Assembly: GCA_963762905.1 (NCBI GenBank)
Contig: CAVXMJ010000011.1
Coordinates: 201,318 to 265,317, forward strand
Length of the DNA: 64,000 nt
Direction of reading: 5' to 3'
Source: an uncultured Acidobacteriaceae bacterium
Lineage (GTDB): Bacteria; Acidobacteriota; Terriglobia; Terriglobales; Acidobacteriaceae
Shown here piece by piece: positions 1 to 9,739 of this stretch; position 1 is the stretch's first letter; each line of letters begins with the position of its first letter. Under the pieces are notes generated by a model. The model was not told the DNA's origin and did not search any database. It saw only the letters and a program-made list of their open reading frames with translations. A program made the translations under genes and the position numbers.

Positions 1-1066
1 TTGTGCGGAACTTGATCCGCCGAACGTAGCTGCCCACGTCCTCGCGCATGGCGTGATCGAGATAAAAATCCACCGTGTCGCCCGCGTCGTGCCGCAGGTG
101 CTTCAGCCAGGTGCGCCGTGTCTTCCAGGCCATCGCCGCCAAAGCGCCCAGAAAAAGACTCCACGGGAAAATCCAGATCAGTTCGCCCAGCCAATACCAC
201 AGCGCCGGCATTTTGTTGTAGTCGTGCGGGTAGCGCAGGTTGAAGAATCGCAGAACGTGCTCGTTGATGAAGTATTGGTAGAAGAATCCGTGCACATTAC
301 CGATCGTGGGGTGATTGCCCACTGGGTGTCCCTGGTCGTGATTGATGATGCCGCATGCAATGTGCCACGGCGCAGCGATGGCCAGAAATAAAAGAAATCC
401 CGATACCGGCTTCAGCGCCTTCCACCGGCGCCACTGCCCGGTCAGGAACAGGTACGGGATTGCCGCGCCTCCAAAAAATACCGGCGCAATCAAGCCCTTC
501 GTCATCAGCGCCAGCGCCACTCCCGCCCACGCCCAATACATCATCGCCGGACGATCATCTTCAAGGCTAACGATGAGCGCGTACAAGGCGATCAGCAGAA
601 ACAGCGCGAGGATCGCCTCAGGAATGATGAAGCGCGTAAACAGAAATGCGCCTACCGACGTCAGCACGCCCAGTCCGGCGTAGAAACCGCCGCGTTCACC
701 CCACGCCCGCCGCCCCCACAGCCACGCGAGCCATGTCAGCCCCAGCATCGCGAGCGCATTGGGCAGGTGCGTGGCAAAGGTGTTCTCGCCGAACACCTTG
801 TACGTCCCCGCCACGAGCCAATAGGGCAACGGCGGTTTTTCAATGTAACGGATGCCGTTGGTTTTCGCGGTAATCAGATCGCCGCTCTCGGCAATGTGCT
901 GCGCCGCCTGCGCGTGCGATGCATCCACGTCATCCAGCAGCGGCGGAGAGAACAACGACGCAAAATAAATCGCACTCCATAGGACAGCAAAGACCAGCCA
1001 CGCCGTGCGCGTGGAGATAGCGGCCCGCGGGCGATCGACTGTCCTCATTGTGTTCATCATTGTCAT
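1..1066 (-). CDS. ArnT/PMT-family (GT83-like) membrane glycosyltransferase, 3' end runs off the window
   Basis: My translation of the minus strand from ATG 1066 (alternatives 1060/1057/1048) gives ...SPPLLDDVDASHAQAAQHIAESGDLITAKTNGIRYIEKPPLPYW...LALMTKGLIAP...AIAAPWH...FFYQYFINEH. The EKPP, TKG and PW motifs and multiple TM segments fit ArnT-like enzymes. It is absent from the ORF track because it has no stop in the window. Confidence 0.85.
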   Translation of the reverse strand, partial: MTMMNTMRTVDRPRAAISTRTAWLVFAVLWSAIYFASLFSPPLLDDVDASHAQAAQHIAESGDLITAKTNGIRYIEKPPLPYWLVAGTYKVFGENTFATHLPNALAMLGLTWLAWLWGRRAWGERGGFYAGLGVLTSVGAFLFTRFIIPEAILALFLLIALYALIVSLEDDRPAMMYWAWAGVALALMTKGLIAPVFFGGAAIPYLFLTGQWRRWKALKPVSGFLLFLAIAAPWHIACGIINHDQGHPVGNHPTIGNVHGFFYQYFINEHVLRFFNLRYPHDYNKMPALWYWLGELIWIFPWSLFLGALAAMAWKTRRTWLKHLRHDAGDTVDFYLDHAMREDVGSYVRRIKFRT

Positions 1067-1353
1067 CGTGGATGCTGCGTACTGCCTTGGCCTGCCTGGC
1101 GCCGGGATGCTGGTAACACCGCGAAAAGAAAAGAGGCCTCAGTCCCGCAGGATCACGGCTGATTTTCCCTGAAACCCGATGGCGCCTCGGATGAATCCCT
1201 TTCAGGATAACAGCCGCGTTTCTCCCGCGTTTCACAGTGCAAGGCGCACGGGCGCTCTCGCGGGGCGTGTTTGATTGCACGCGCCGAGTTAGCCAACTCG
1301 CTTCGCTCAGCGTTTGATTGTGAACCGGAAAATACCCGGGAGACTCAGCCGCG

Positions 1354-3339
1354 TCATGCCGCTGGGCTTGTGAGTTGGGAACTTCTCTTCGCGTTGGTGA
1401 ATGGAATTTGGTGAGTCCCGGGAACGTTGAGTTTTCCGGCGCGAAGCAGCACCCGGCAATCGGATTCGGGGATTGCAGGACTGTACAAGAATCCCTGTAC
1501 CTCTTCGCAGTTTTGCTTTCTGAAGTAGTTAAGCTGCTCCGACGTTTCCACGCCTTCGGCCACGCAAGCCAGGCCAAGATCGCGCCCCAAATTGATGATG
1601 CTTCGTACCACTGCCTCAGCAGTCGGCTCTGATGCGATTTCGCGCAGGAACGAGCGATCAATCTTAATGCGGTCGATGGGAAACCGTCTCAAATACGACA
1701 AGGAAGACCATCCGGTGCCAAAATCATCGAGTGACAGGCTTACTCCGAGCCGTTTTAGCGTTCGCATGATTTTGATCGTCGTCTCTGAGTCATCGAGCAT
1801 CAGCGATTCCGTCAGCTCCAGCTCCAACCACTTCGGATCCAGGCCGGATTCGGATAGCGCGCGCGTTACGCTGGTTGCAATATTGCTCCGGTAGAACTGT
1901 GTTGATGAGAGATTCACCATCATGCGCACGGGCGGAAGTCCAGCCTTCTGCCACGCCGCGTTTTGCAGGCACGCGGTTCTCAGCACCCAGGTCCCCACGT
2001 CAGTCATTAAACCCAGTTCTTCCAGTTGCGGAACAAACTGGTTAGGGAAGATCATCCCTTGTTCCGGATGGCGCCAGCGCAGTAGGGCCTCCACGCCTGT
2101 AATGCCGCCCGTATCCGTTGCTACCAGCGGTTGGTAATACAGCACAAACTCGCCTCGCGCCAAGGCGTGCTGCAAATCGAATTCCAGCTTCTGCCTGCGC
2201 CGTGTCGCATCCGTAAGTTCCGCCGTGAAAAAGGAATAAGTGCCGCGACCGCCGTTCTTCGCCTCGTACATGGCGGTGTCCGCGGCCTGCAGCAGATCCC
2301 GCGGGTTCTCACCGTCGGAAGGATATTCGCAAATGCCGATGCTGGCTCCGATCTGAATTCCATGTCCTTCAATCTCAAAGGACGCCGTTAATGTGCTCAG
2401 CGCCTTGCTCGCCACATGTTCGATATCCTGATCGTTCTCCACCAGCGGCAGGCCGATCACAAACTCGTCTCCGCCCAGCCGCGCCACGATATCGCTTTCG
2501 CGCAGGCAATTCCTCAATCGCACCGCAACAGCCTCAAGCAGGCGATCACCGATATGGTGCCCGAATGAATCGTTCACGCTCTTGAAGCGGTCCAGATCCA
2601 GCATCAGGACGGCGACGCGCTTTCCATTTCGGGCCGCCAGGGCGATTGCATGGGCCAGCAAATCTTCGAGAAGCGACCGGTTCGGCAGCCCGGTCAGCGC
2701 GTCGTGTAACGCCATGTACCTGATGCGCAACTCGGCCTGCTTCCGGTCGGTGATGTCCCTCGAAATCCCCATCGTGCCCCGGATCCGGCCATGCCGGTCT
2801 TTCAGAGGCACCTTCGTCGTCAACACCCACGATTCATGCCCGTCAGGCCAGGTTTCTTTCTCTTCCATACCCGTAATCCCGCGGCCTGTTTCGATGATTC
2901 TCCGTTCGTCTTCGAGAGCTCTGCTGGCATGCTCCGGCGTAAACATGTCGGAATCCGCCTTTGCCGTGGCTTCTGCAGGGTTGCTTAGTCCAAAACTGTT
3001 TGCCAGAGCCCGGTTGATACGCAGAAAGCGGCTATTGTGGTCTTTGAAATAAACGTGGTCGGGGATGTGTTCGAGGAATGCGCTCAGAAAGTCACGGTCT
3101 GTACTGTATTCTCGGTCTGCCAGTTCGCGCAGAATCAAGAGGACCAGCAACAAAACCAACAGGATCAAAGTCAGCCCAATCGCTGCAACCCCCGCCCGTG
3201 AGTAGAGGGATTCGCGCACCGCCGGGGCATGTGCCTGCATCGTGGCGATCAGCAGAACCGTTACCATGCTCCCCAGCAGCATCGCCGCCAAAGCAATCAC
3301 GGTGCCCGAAATTGCAGGAAATCGCTTGAAAAACTTCAT
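1354..3339 (-). CDS. Membrane-anchored PAS-GGDEF-EAL diguanylate cyclase/phosphodiesterase
   Basis: Two N-terminal TM helices, a PAS/PAC region (DITDRK), intact RLGGDEF, GVEALLRW, DDFGTGWSSLSYL, KIDRSF, AEGVET and QGFLYS motifs. Confidence 0.95.
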   Translation of the reverse strand: MKFFKRFPAISGTVIALAAMLLGSMVTVLLIATMQAHAPAVRESLYSRAGVAAIGLTLILLVLLLVLLILRELADREYSTDRDFLSAFLEHIPDHVYFKDHNSRFLRINRALANSFGLSNPAEATAKADSDMFTPEHASRALEDERRIIETGRGITGMEEKETWPDGHESWVLTTKVPLKDRHGRIRGTMGISRDITDRKQAELRIRYMALHDALTGLPNRSLLEDLLAHAIALAARNGKRVAVLMLDLDRFKSVNDSFGHHIGDRLLEAVAVRLRNCLRESDIVARLGGDEFVIGLPLVENDQDIEHVASKALSTLTASFEIEGHGIQIGASIGICEYPSDGENPRDLLQAADTAMYEAKNGGRGTYSFFTAELTDATRRRQKLEFDLQHALARGEFVLYYQPLVATDTGGITGVEALLRWRHPEQGMIFPNQFVPQLEELGLMTDVGTWVLRTACLQNAAWQKAGLPPVRMMVNLSSTQFYRSNIATSVTRALSESGLDPKWLELELTESLMLDDSETTIKIMRTLKRLGVSLSLDDFGTGWSSLSYLRRFPIDRIKIDRSFLREIASEPTAEAVVRSIINLGRDLGLACVAEGVETSEQLNYFRKQNCEEVQGFLYSPAIPESDCRVLLRAGKLNVPGTHQIPFTNAKRSSQLTSPAA

Positions 3340-3595
3340 CTTGACCCGTTATGACATAGCTTGAGTTCTCAGCACACGGTATTCCAAAATGGCGCACACC
3401 CTCTATCCCTAAATCGATTTTCCAAATACAACTATCCGGTGAGGCTGCCGCTACCTTCGTCTTAGGTGCCCCTGCGCTCGAGCCAGCCCAGCGTACACGC
3501 GCCAGCCCCCGCGCACCACACCTCCGCGGGAAGGCGCCACCGTCCACAGACTCAATCTCCCAGCCAGGCTTTAACATGCACCAAGGAGAACCCTC

Positions 3596-4273
3596 TTGCT
3601 GGTTTGGAAGGCATTTCTCATCGCGTTCAGCGTGCTTCTGCCGCTCATCAACCCGCTCGGCTCCGCGCTGGTCTTTCTAGGCCTTGTCGGCGACGCACCG
3701 CCCTCGGTCCTTCGCTCGCTCGCCCGGCGCATCGCCATCAACAACATCATCTTCCTCGGGGTTTTTGAGGTGACCGGCGCGGCCATCCTCAATTTCTTCG
3801 GAATCTCTCTGCCCATCGTCCAGCTCTCCGGCGGCATCGTCGTCGCCGCCATGGGTTGGGCAGTGCTGAACGAGCGCAACGCCGGCGTAGACACTCGCAA
3901 AAAGCAGGAAGAGACTGGAAAAGGCGCCGAGCCTGACACCAGTCATCTTGAAGAAAGCGTCTTCTACCCCTTCACCTTTCCCATCACCTCGGGGCCGGGC
4001 ACCCTCGTGGGGTTGCTCACCGTCACCGCACACATCTCGGACAAGAATCTTACCCACAATCTCCTGGCGCATCTCGGAGTGTTTCTTTCGGTAGTTGTCC
4101 TCAGCGTGCTGGTTTATTTCTGCTACGCCTACGCTCCCAAGATCACAAAAGTAATTCCGCCCTCCACCGCCCACGGAATCCTGCGCGTGATCGCCTTCAT
4201 TCTGCTCTGCATCGGCATCCAAATCGCCTGGAATGGCCTCGCCGCCCTCCTCGCCACCATCATCAAACCCTAG
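3596..4273 (+). CDS. MarC family membrane protein
   Basis: LINPLG, FFGISLP, PFTFPITSGPG and ILLCIGIQ motifs in a roughly 6-TM protein. Confidence 0.9.
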   Translation: MLVWKAFLIAFSVLLPLINPLGSALVFLGLVGDAPPSVLRSLARRIAINNIIFLGVFEVTGAAILNFFGISLPIVQLSGGIVVAAMGWAVLNERNAGVDTRKKQEETGKGAEPDTSHLEESVFYPFTFPITSGPGTLVGLLTVTAHISDKNLTHNLLAHLGVFLSVVVLSVLVYFCYAYAPKITKVIPPSTAHGILRVIAFILLCIGIQIAWNGLAALLATIIKP

Positions 4274-4406
4274 CGCCGGATCTTCGGCAATCCACTGCTC
4301 CGGTTCTATGCTGTTACGACCTGTGGAACTCGCGTCCCCAACCGCACACAACATTCGTGTATCTTGGCGATGGGTCGATTCTTTTTTCGGAGCGCGCAGC
4401 AAATAA

Positions 4407-6002
4407 ATGCCGACATTCGCCGCCATCGACATCGGTTCCAACTCCTGCAGACTCAAGATCGCCCGCGTCCACGCGCACCGGCTCAAGACGCTCGCCGAAG
4501 ATCGCGAAGTTACACGCCTCGGCGGCAGCGTTTTTGACACCGGCCTCATTTCTCCAGAAGCCATGGCCGCCACTTTGCGAGCGCTCAAGCGTTTTCAGCG
4601 CTCGGTGCAGTCTCACGGCGTCGACCGCATCCGCGTGGTGGCCACCGCGGCCATGCGCGACGCCCGCAACTCCGCTGCCTTTCAGGCATGGGTCAAAGCT
4701 GAGACCGGCTGGAACATGGAGATCATCTCCGGTCTTGAAGAAGGCCGCCTGATCCATCTCGGCGTCATGGGCGCTGAACCGGGAGCCGGGGGGCGCGTCC
4801 TGCTTCTCGACCTCGGTGGCGGAAGCTGCGAGGTCACGCTTTCTGAGCACAAGCGCATTAAGGAGACGGTCAGCCTTCCGCTCGGCGCAGTCCGGTTAAC
4901 CGAGCAATTTCTCTCCGACGATCCCGCACCGCGCGATGGTCTTACCCGCATGCGGCAGTTGATTGCCCGCGAACTGCGTCGCGCTCATCGCAGAATCCAG
5001 CCTGGCCGCGCGCCGTTGGTCATCGCCACTTCGGGCACAGCTGCGGCGCTTTCTGCTGCCTACGCTCAAGGAACAAAGAACGGCAAGCCCGGCGCAAAAA
5101 AGTCGGGGAAATCCCCCGCCAAATCCGGTTCAGATCGCGCTGAAGACCGCTCCGCAATCCTGGCCGGAATGGTGCCTGCGCGCTCGGTACGCAAATTGGC
5201 AAGCAAGCTGGCCAAGATGTCGCTCCCTCAGCGCGAAGCGGTGCCCGGTATCGGCCCACGCCGCGCTGAAATCATCGTTGCCGGTGCCGAGGTCTACGCC
5301 GAAATCCTTGAGAGCTTCGCGCTGAAGGGCTTTCGCTACTCACCACTCGGTCTGCGCGACGGCATTCTGGCGCAGATGCTTGCCGAGCAGGATGCACGCG
5401 CTAAAGCACATCGCGAGTTCGAGCATGAGCGCTGGGAGAGCGTGTTATCCACGGCGCGCCGCTACGGCGTCGATCCCCGCCAGGCCGACCCCGTGCGCGC
5501 TCACACGGTCCAGCTTTTTCGCGAGCTCAAGTCCATGCACGTGCTTCCGCCCGAGTACGAAAGCTGGCTCGCTGCCGCCGCTATGCTCCGCGACACGGGG
5601 AAGTTCATCAACCACCAGGGCCATCACCGTCACACGCAGTACATCATTTCCAGCTCTGAGATTTACGGATACACGCAGTTGCAGCGCACACTTGTCTCGG
5701 CCATAGCGCGCTACCTGGGCAAGAGCCGCCCCCAGGCCGGCGATCGCGCTCTGCGCAACATTCCCGCCGACGAGCACAAGAGCGTCAATCGAGCCGTGGT
5801 CCTGCTGCGTCTCGCAATAGCATTGAACCAGGATCGCGCCTCTGACGTTTTGCGCGTCACCACGCGGGTCTACCCCAAGAGAGTCTTGCTGGAATTGCGC
5901 CCTGGGCGCACTGGCGCTGAGCTGGAATTGTGGTCTTTGCGCAAGGAAGCCGGCTACTTCCGCGAAGTCTTCGGGCGCGAGCTTTTCGTCACGCTCGCGT
6001 AA
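4407..6002 (+). CDS. ppx: Ppx/GppA exopolyphosphatase
   Basis: AAIDIGSNSCRL, VATAAMRDARN, ISGLEEGRL, DLGGGSCE, GLRDG motifs plus a C-terminal HD-like domain. Confidence 0.92.
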   Translation: MPTFAAIDIGSNSCRLKIARVHAHRLKTLAEDREVTRLGGSVFDTGLISPEAMAATLRALKRFQRSVQSHGVDRIRVVATAAMRDARNSAAFQAWVKAETGWNMEIISGLEEGRLIHLGVMGAEPGAGGRVLLLDLGGGSCEVTLSEHKRIKETVSLPLGAVRLTEQFLSDDPAPRDGLTRMRQLIARELRRAHRRIQPGRAPLVIATSGTAAALSAAYAQGTKNGKPGAKKSGKSPAKSGSDRAEDRSAILAGMVPARSVRKLASKLAKMSLPQREAVPGIGPRRAEIIVAGAEVYAEILESFALKGFRYSPLGLRDGILAQMLAEQDARAKAHREFEHERWESVLSTARRYGVDPRQADPVRAHTVQLFRELKSMHVLPPEYESWLAAAAMLRDTGKFINHQGHHRHTQYIISSSEIYGYTQLQRTLVSAIARYLGKSRPQAGDRALRNIPADEHKSVNRAVVLLRLAIALNQDRASDVLRVTTRVYPKRVLLELRPGRTGAELELWSLRKEAGYFREVFGRELFVTLA

Positions 6003-6481
6003 ATGATCCGCGCCGTGCGCGGATCCAGAAGCCACTGCAGCCGCGGCGGATGCCGCTCCATGTCGATGCGCGCAATCGAGCCTTTGCGCATCCGGATCGA
6101 TGTCCCGCCGTTGCCGCTGATCATGCGGCCCAGAAACTGAAACATGTTTGGGTTGTGTCCAACCGCCAGCACCCCCTCGCGGCCCGCATACTTCGCCAGC
6201 ATGTTCTGGAAATCGGAGAAACTCGCGTTCAATCCGAGGCCAGGGCTGATCTCAACTTTCCCTTCGAAGCCCAACTCCGTGCCGACGAGCTGCGCGGTCT
6301 GCATGGCCCGCTTCAGCGAGCTTGAAACGATCGTATCGATGGGCGCTTTCAGAGTTCCGAGAACCCGCGCCATGAGCATGCATTGCTGCTTTCCTTCCTT
6401 AACGAGACCTCGTTTCAGATCGAGAATGGGGTTCTCGCGATTGGTGCCGGCATCGGCATGGCGCATTAAATAAAGGATCAT
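5954..6481 (-). CDS. sixA: Phosphohistidine phosphatase SixA
   Basis: LYLMRHADA, SSSLKRAMQTA and VGHNP motifs. Its 3' end overlaps the 3' end of ppx by 49 nt (convergent). Confidence 0.9.
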   Translation of the reverse strand: MILYLMRHADAGTNRENPILDLKRGLVKEGKQQCMLMARVLGTLKAPIDTIVSSSLKRAMQTAQLVGTELGFEGKVEISPGLGLNASFSDFQNMLAKYAGREGVLAVGHNPNMFQFLGRMISGNGGTSIRMRKGSIARIDMERHPPRLQWLLDPRTARIIYASVTKSSRPKTSRK

Positions 6482-6644
6482 GGGGTCGATTCGGTGGGGG
6501 ATTCAAGCGGCCGTGCCGAACTCCTGCACCCTCATTTTAACAGGTTTGTAACATTCGGCTTGGCGCTGAAAGGTCGCTGTCCCACTAACGTGGGTGGGAA
6601 TACACGAACCTCCACCCAGCACCCTCAATCCGCCACAAGAAAAT

Positions 6645-6700
6645 GGGTGCCCCACCCTCGCCACGTCTTTGTTTTTGTGGCTAGGGCGGGACAACACAAG
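6645..6700. repeat. GGGTGCCCCA-headed intergenic palindromic (REP-like) element; possible terminator for the GH3 gene
   Basis: gggtgccccaccctcgccac-gtctttgttttt-gtggctagggcggg forms an imperfect stem (6651-6664 with 6677-6690). A degenerate right-arm copy (gggtgggaatacacgaacct) lies at about 6592-6611. Confidence 0.6.
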
Positions 6701-6740
6701 CCTAAAACTATCTCTCCCGAACAATTGCCTTCTAGAACGT

Positions 6741-8951
6741 CTACTGCACGCGCACCGTTGTGCTCGCCTCAACGTCGCTCGACGAATTCCCGACCATCAC
6801 GCTAATCGGCTCCGCCTCCACGTGGAATCCCGGCAGCTTCTCATCCCACCAGGCCAGCGTCGAGGCCTTCAGGGGAATCTCCACCGTCTTCGTTTCGTTG
6901 GGTTGCAGGTTCACCCGCTTGAATCCTTTCAGCTCTTCTCGCGGCCGCTCCACCTTCGAGCCCAGATGCTTTACATACATCTGCACCACAGCGTCACCCG
7001 CGCGGCTGCCGGTGTTGGTCACATCGACGCTCACGGTGACCGTGCCATCCTTCGCCAAAGTCGGCGAACTCGTCCGCAGGTTCGAATACTTGAAGGTCGT
7101 ATAGCTCAATCCATACCCGAACGGAAATAGCGGCTCGCCTTTGAAGTACATGTACGTGTACCCGTCGCGAATGTTGTAATCCATGCTCGGCGGAAGCTGA
7201 TCGGCCGACTTTGGCCACGTTCTCACCAGGTGTCCGCCCGGGTTGTAATCGCCAAACAGCACCGTGGCCAGCGCAGTCCCTTCATCCTGCGAAGCGTGAG
7301 CCATCGTCAGGATCGCTGGAACATTCGCCGCGCTCCAGTTGATCGCGAACGGAAAACTCGAAATCAGCAGCACGATGGTCTTCGGATTCTTGATCAGGAC
7401 CTGCTTCGCGATCTGCTCCTGTGCCAGGTCGATGCTCTCGCGGTCGCGCCCCTCGCGACCGTCGCTGGGAACGGTGCAGGGAAGCGTGATGCCTCCACCA
7501 TGACCCGGCGAGTTGTACCACCCATGCGCCTCGTCACCGCAGGTCGGATCGTTGCCGATCACAACCACGGCCACATCGGATTGGCTCGCCGCCTTCATGG
7601 CATCGTCCTCACCTGCCTGTGTGTCATAAGCGGCGTAGTTCACTTTCACGTCCGGCCCCACCAAGTCCTTAATCCCCTGCAACGGTGTCACCGCATACGG
7701 AGGCGTCCCTCCGTACCAATCCCAATGCACAGAATCGGCAAGCGGGCCGATTACCGCGATCGACTTGATTTTGCTTTTATCGAGCGGCAGAATGTTGTTC
7801 TCGTTCTTCAGCAGCACCACAGACTCAAGCGCCAACCGCTTCGAAACGTCGCGGTCCTTGTCCGTATTCCACGGCTCCGGCGAATCCCCTCCCGCATCCT
7901 TGATCTTCGTGTACGGCACCATCTCCGGAGGGTCGAGCAATCCAAGCTTGATCGTGACTTGAAATTTCGGCCGCAGCAGCGAATCGATCTCCGCTTCCGT
8001 GATCTCGCCGTCTTTTACCGCTGCCTTGGTTTCATCTTTGTATGTGTCGAGAAACTGGTTGATGCCTGCCTTCAGGCACGCCACCACCGCGGCTTTCTGG
8101 TCGGGATAAAGATGGCGCGGATCCACCAGTAGTCTCACCGCTCCTCCATCGCTCGAAATCACGTCAACGCCCCACTTGTCTCGGACAATGCTCTTCAGAA
8201 TCGGATTGATCACCATTGGCGTGCCATTCCACGCGTTATACGACGCCATCACCCCTTTCGCGCCGCCATCCAGAAAGGCCATGCGAAACGGCACCGAGTA
8301 ATATTCCCAGAACAGGCGGTCGTCGAAATTCGAAGACGAGCCGTTGCGGTTGTTCTCATTTTCGTTGGCCAGGAAATGTTTCAGCAGCGCCGCCGCTTGC
8401 CAATATTTCGGGTCGTCGCCCTGCAGTCCCTTCGTGAACGCCTCGGCCATCGTCCCATTGAAGAATGGATCCTCGCCATACACTTCCTCGCTGCGGCCCC
8501 ATCTGGGATCGCGCCCTAAATCCGACTGCGGCCCCCACAGCATCAGGATCTGGCGGTCGTACTTCGCCGTCTGCGTAATAAAGCGCGCCTCGTAGCCTTC
8601 CACGCCTGCCGCCTCGCGCACCAGCTCCGGATCCCACGATGCGCCCATCCCCGGCGGCTGCGGAAACTGCGTGGTCGTGACCGGCTCCCGCGTTCCGCGT
8701 TTCTCGCGCTGCACCACTCCGTGAATCCCTTCGGAGAGTCCGAAATTCATCACGCCCAGCCGCGGCACGCCCGAATTCGTTCCAAGGCAATCGATCTTCT
8801 CGTCGATGGTCATCAATGAAAGCAGATTGTCAATCCGCTTATCCATCGGGAGCGATGGATCGTTAAATGGATAGGTTTGCTTTTGCGCAATCGCTACGCT
8901 GAAACAGCACGAGAATAGGCACAACAGAGCTGCGAGATGATTTGTTTTCAT
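6741..8951 (-). CDS. Secreted GH3 beta-glucosidase/beta-xylosidase with C-terminal Fn3-like domain
   Basis: Signal peptide, RDPRWGRSEEVYGEDP, LKHF, MASYN, ISSDGG (nucleophile region), SVVLLKN and PLFPFGYGLSYTTF. Confidence 0.95.
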   Translation of the reverse strand: MKTNHLAALLCLFSCCFSVAIAQKQTYPFNDPSLPMDKRIDNLLSLMTIDEKIDCLGTNSGVPRLGVMNFGLSEGIHGVVQREKRGTREPVTTTQFPQPPGMGASWDPELVREAAGVEGYEARFITQTAKYDRQILMLWGPQSDLGRDPRWGRSEEVYGEDPFFNGTMAEAFTKGLQGDDPKYWQAAALLKHFLANENENNRNGSSSNFDDRLFWEYYSVPFRMAFLDGGAKGVMASYNAWNGTPMVINPILKSIVRDKWGVDVISSDGGAVRLLVDPRHLYPDQKAAVVACLKAGINQFLDTYKDETKAAVKDGEITEAEIDSLLRPKFQVTIKLGLLDPPEMVPYTKIKDAGGDSPEPWNTDKDRDVSKRLALESVVLLKNENNILPLDKSKIKSIAVIGPLADSVHWDWYGGTPPYAVTPLQGIKDLVGPDVKVNYAAYDTQAGEDDAMKAASQSDVAVVVIGNDPTCGDEAHGWYNSPGHGGGITLPCTVPSDGREGRDRESIDLAQEQIAKQVLIKNPKTIVLLISSFPFAINWSAANVPAILTMAHASQDEGTALATVLFGDYNPGGHLVRTWPKSADQLPPSMDYNIRDGYTYMYFKGEPLFPFGYGLSYTTFKYSNLRTSSPTLAKDGTVTVSVDVTNTGSRAGDAVVQMYVKHLGSKVERPREELKGFKRVNLQPNETKTVEIPLKASTLAWWDEKLPGFHVEAEPISVMVGNSSSDVEASTTVRVQ

Positions 8952-9022
8952 GAGAGAGTCCCTTGGGGTTCAACCGTTGAGGAATTCGAATTCTAGACCA
9001 GCGCAATTTTACGCCCCCCGGT

Positions 9023-9739
9023 CTACGTCTTGATGCACCACATCTCGCTCACCAGCAGTCCGCCCAGCTGCGTGCGGCGCCTGGTCAGCGCAAATCCGGC
9101 CTCGCTCAATGCTTCGTGATGGTCGGGCAGACTGCGGATCCTAAGTCCGGTAAGAACCCCGAACGCCGAATAAAGCAGCCAAACCAGCGGGAGCGCAACA
9201 AGCCGGCCATACCCTCCCTCTGGAACTGCGAACTCCGAGACGATCCACAGAGCAGAAGGTGAGACAGCGCCCCGCAACCTCGCCGCCAGCCCTCGACACT
9301 CGTCCGTCGTCAGGCAATCGAGAAAGAAATGCGTCGCCACCAGATCGTACGTCGCGTTTTCGATCTGCCAATCGCGCGCATCGGCGCAACGTGTTGAAAC
9401 CCGGCAAGCATTCACTCCAGCGCGCCGCAGCAAAGCTTCAAGCATGGCTGGACTCGCGTCTACCGCATCAATTCGAACCTCAGTGTTCACGCGGAGCAAC
9501 TCCGCTATAAAGCGTCCATCCCCATCGCCGAGGACAAGCGCGCGGCGAGCCGACGCAATCTCGGGAAGAAACGCTGCTCGGCAGCGCGAAAGCAGCGGGC
9601 CAAACGTCAAAAGCTCCATCCAGCGGTAGAACTTCGCCAGATGATCGAAGTTTGGCGCCTGCTTCGCCGCTGTGGATTCCTTGAATTCGCGCCCAACGAA
9701 TTCCGACCTCAAGGACTCATTTTTGACCGTCGTATTCAT
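9023..9739 (-). CDS. Class I SAM-dependent methyltransferase
   Basis: ALVLGDGDGRF (motif I), VDAS, YDLVATHFFLDC. Its start overlaps the stop of the upstream membrane protein (ATGA). Confidence 0.85.
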   Translation of the reverse strand: MNTTVKNESLRSEFVGREFKESTAAKQAPNFDHLAKFYRWMELLTFGPLLSRCRAAFLPEIASARRALVLGDGDGRFIAELLRVNTEVRIDAVDASPAMLEALLRRAGVNACRVSTRCADARDWQIENATYDLVATHFFLDCLTTDECRGLAARLRGAVSPSALWIVSEFAVPEGGYGRLVALPLVWLLYSAFGVLTGLRIRSLPDHHEALSEAGFALTRRRTQLGGLLVSEMWCIKT

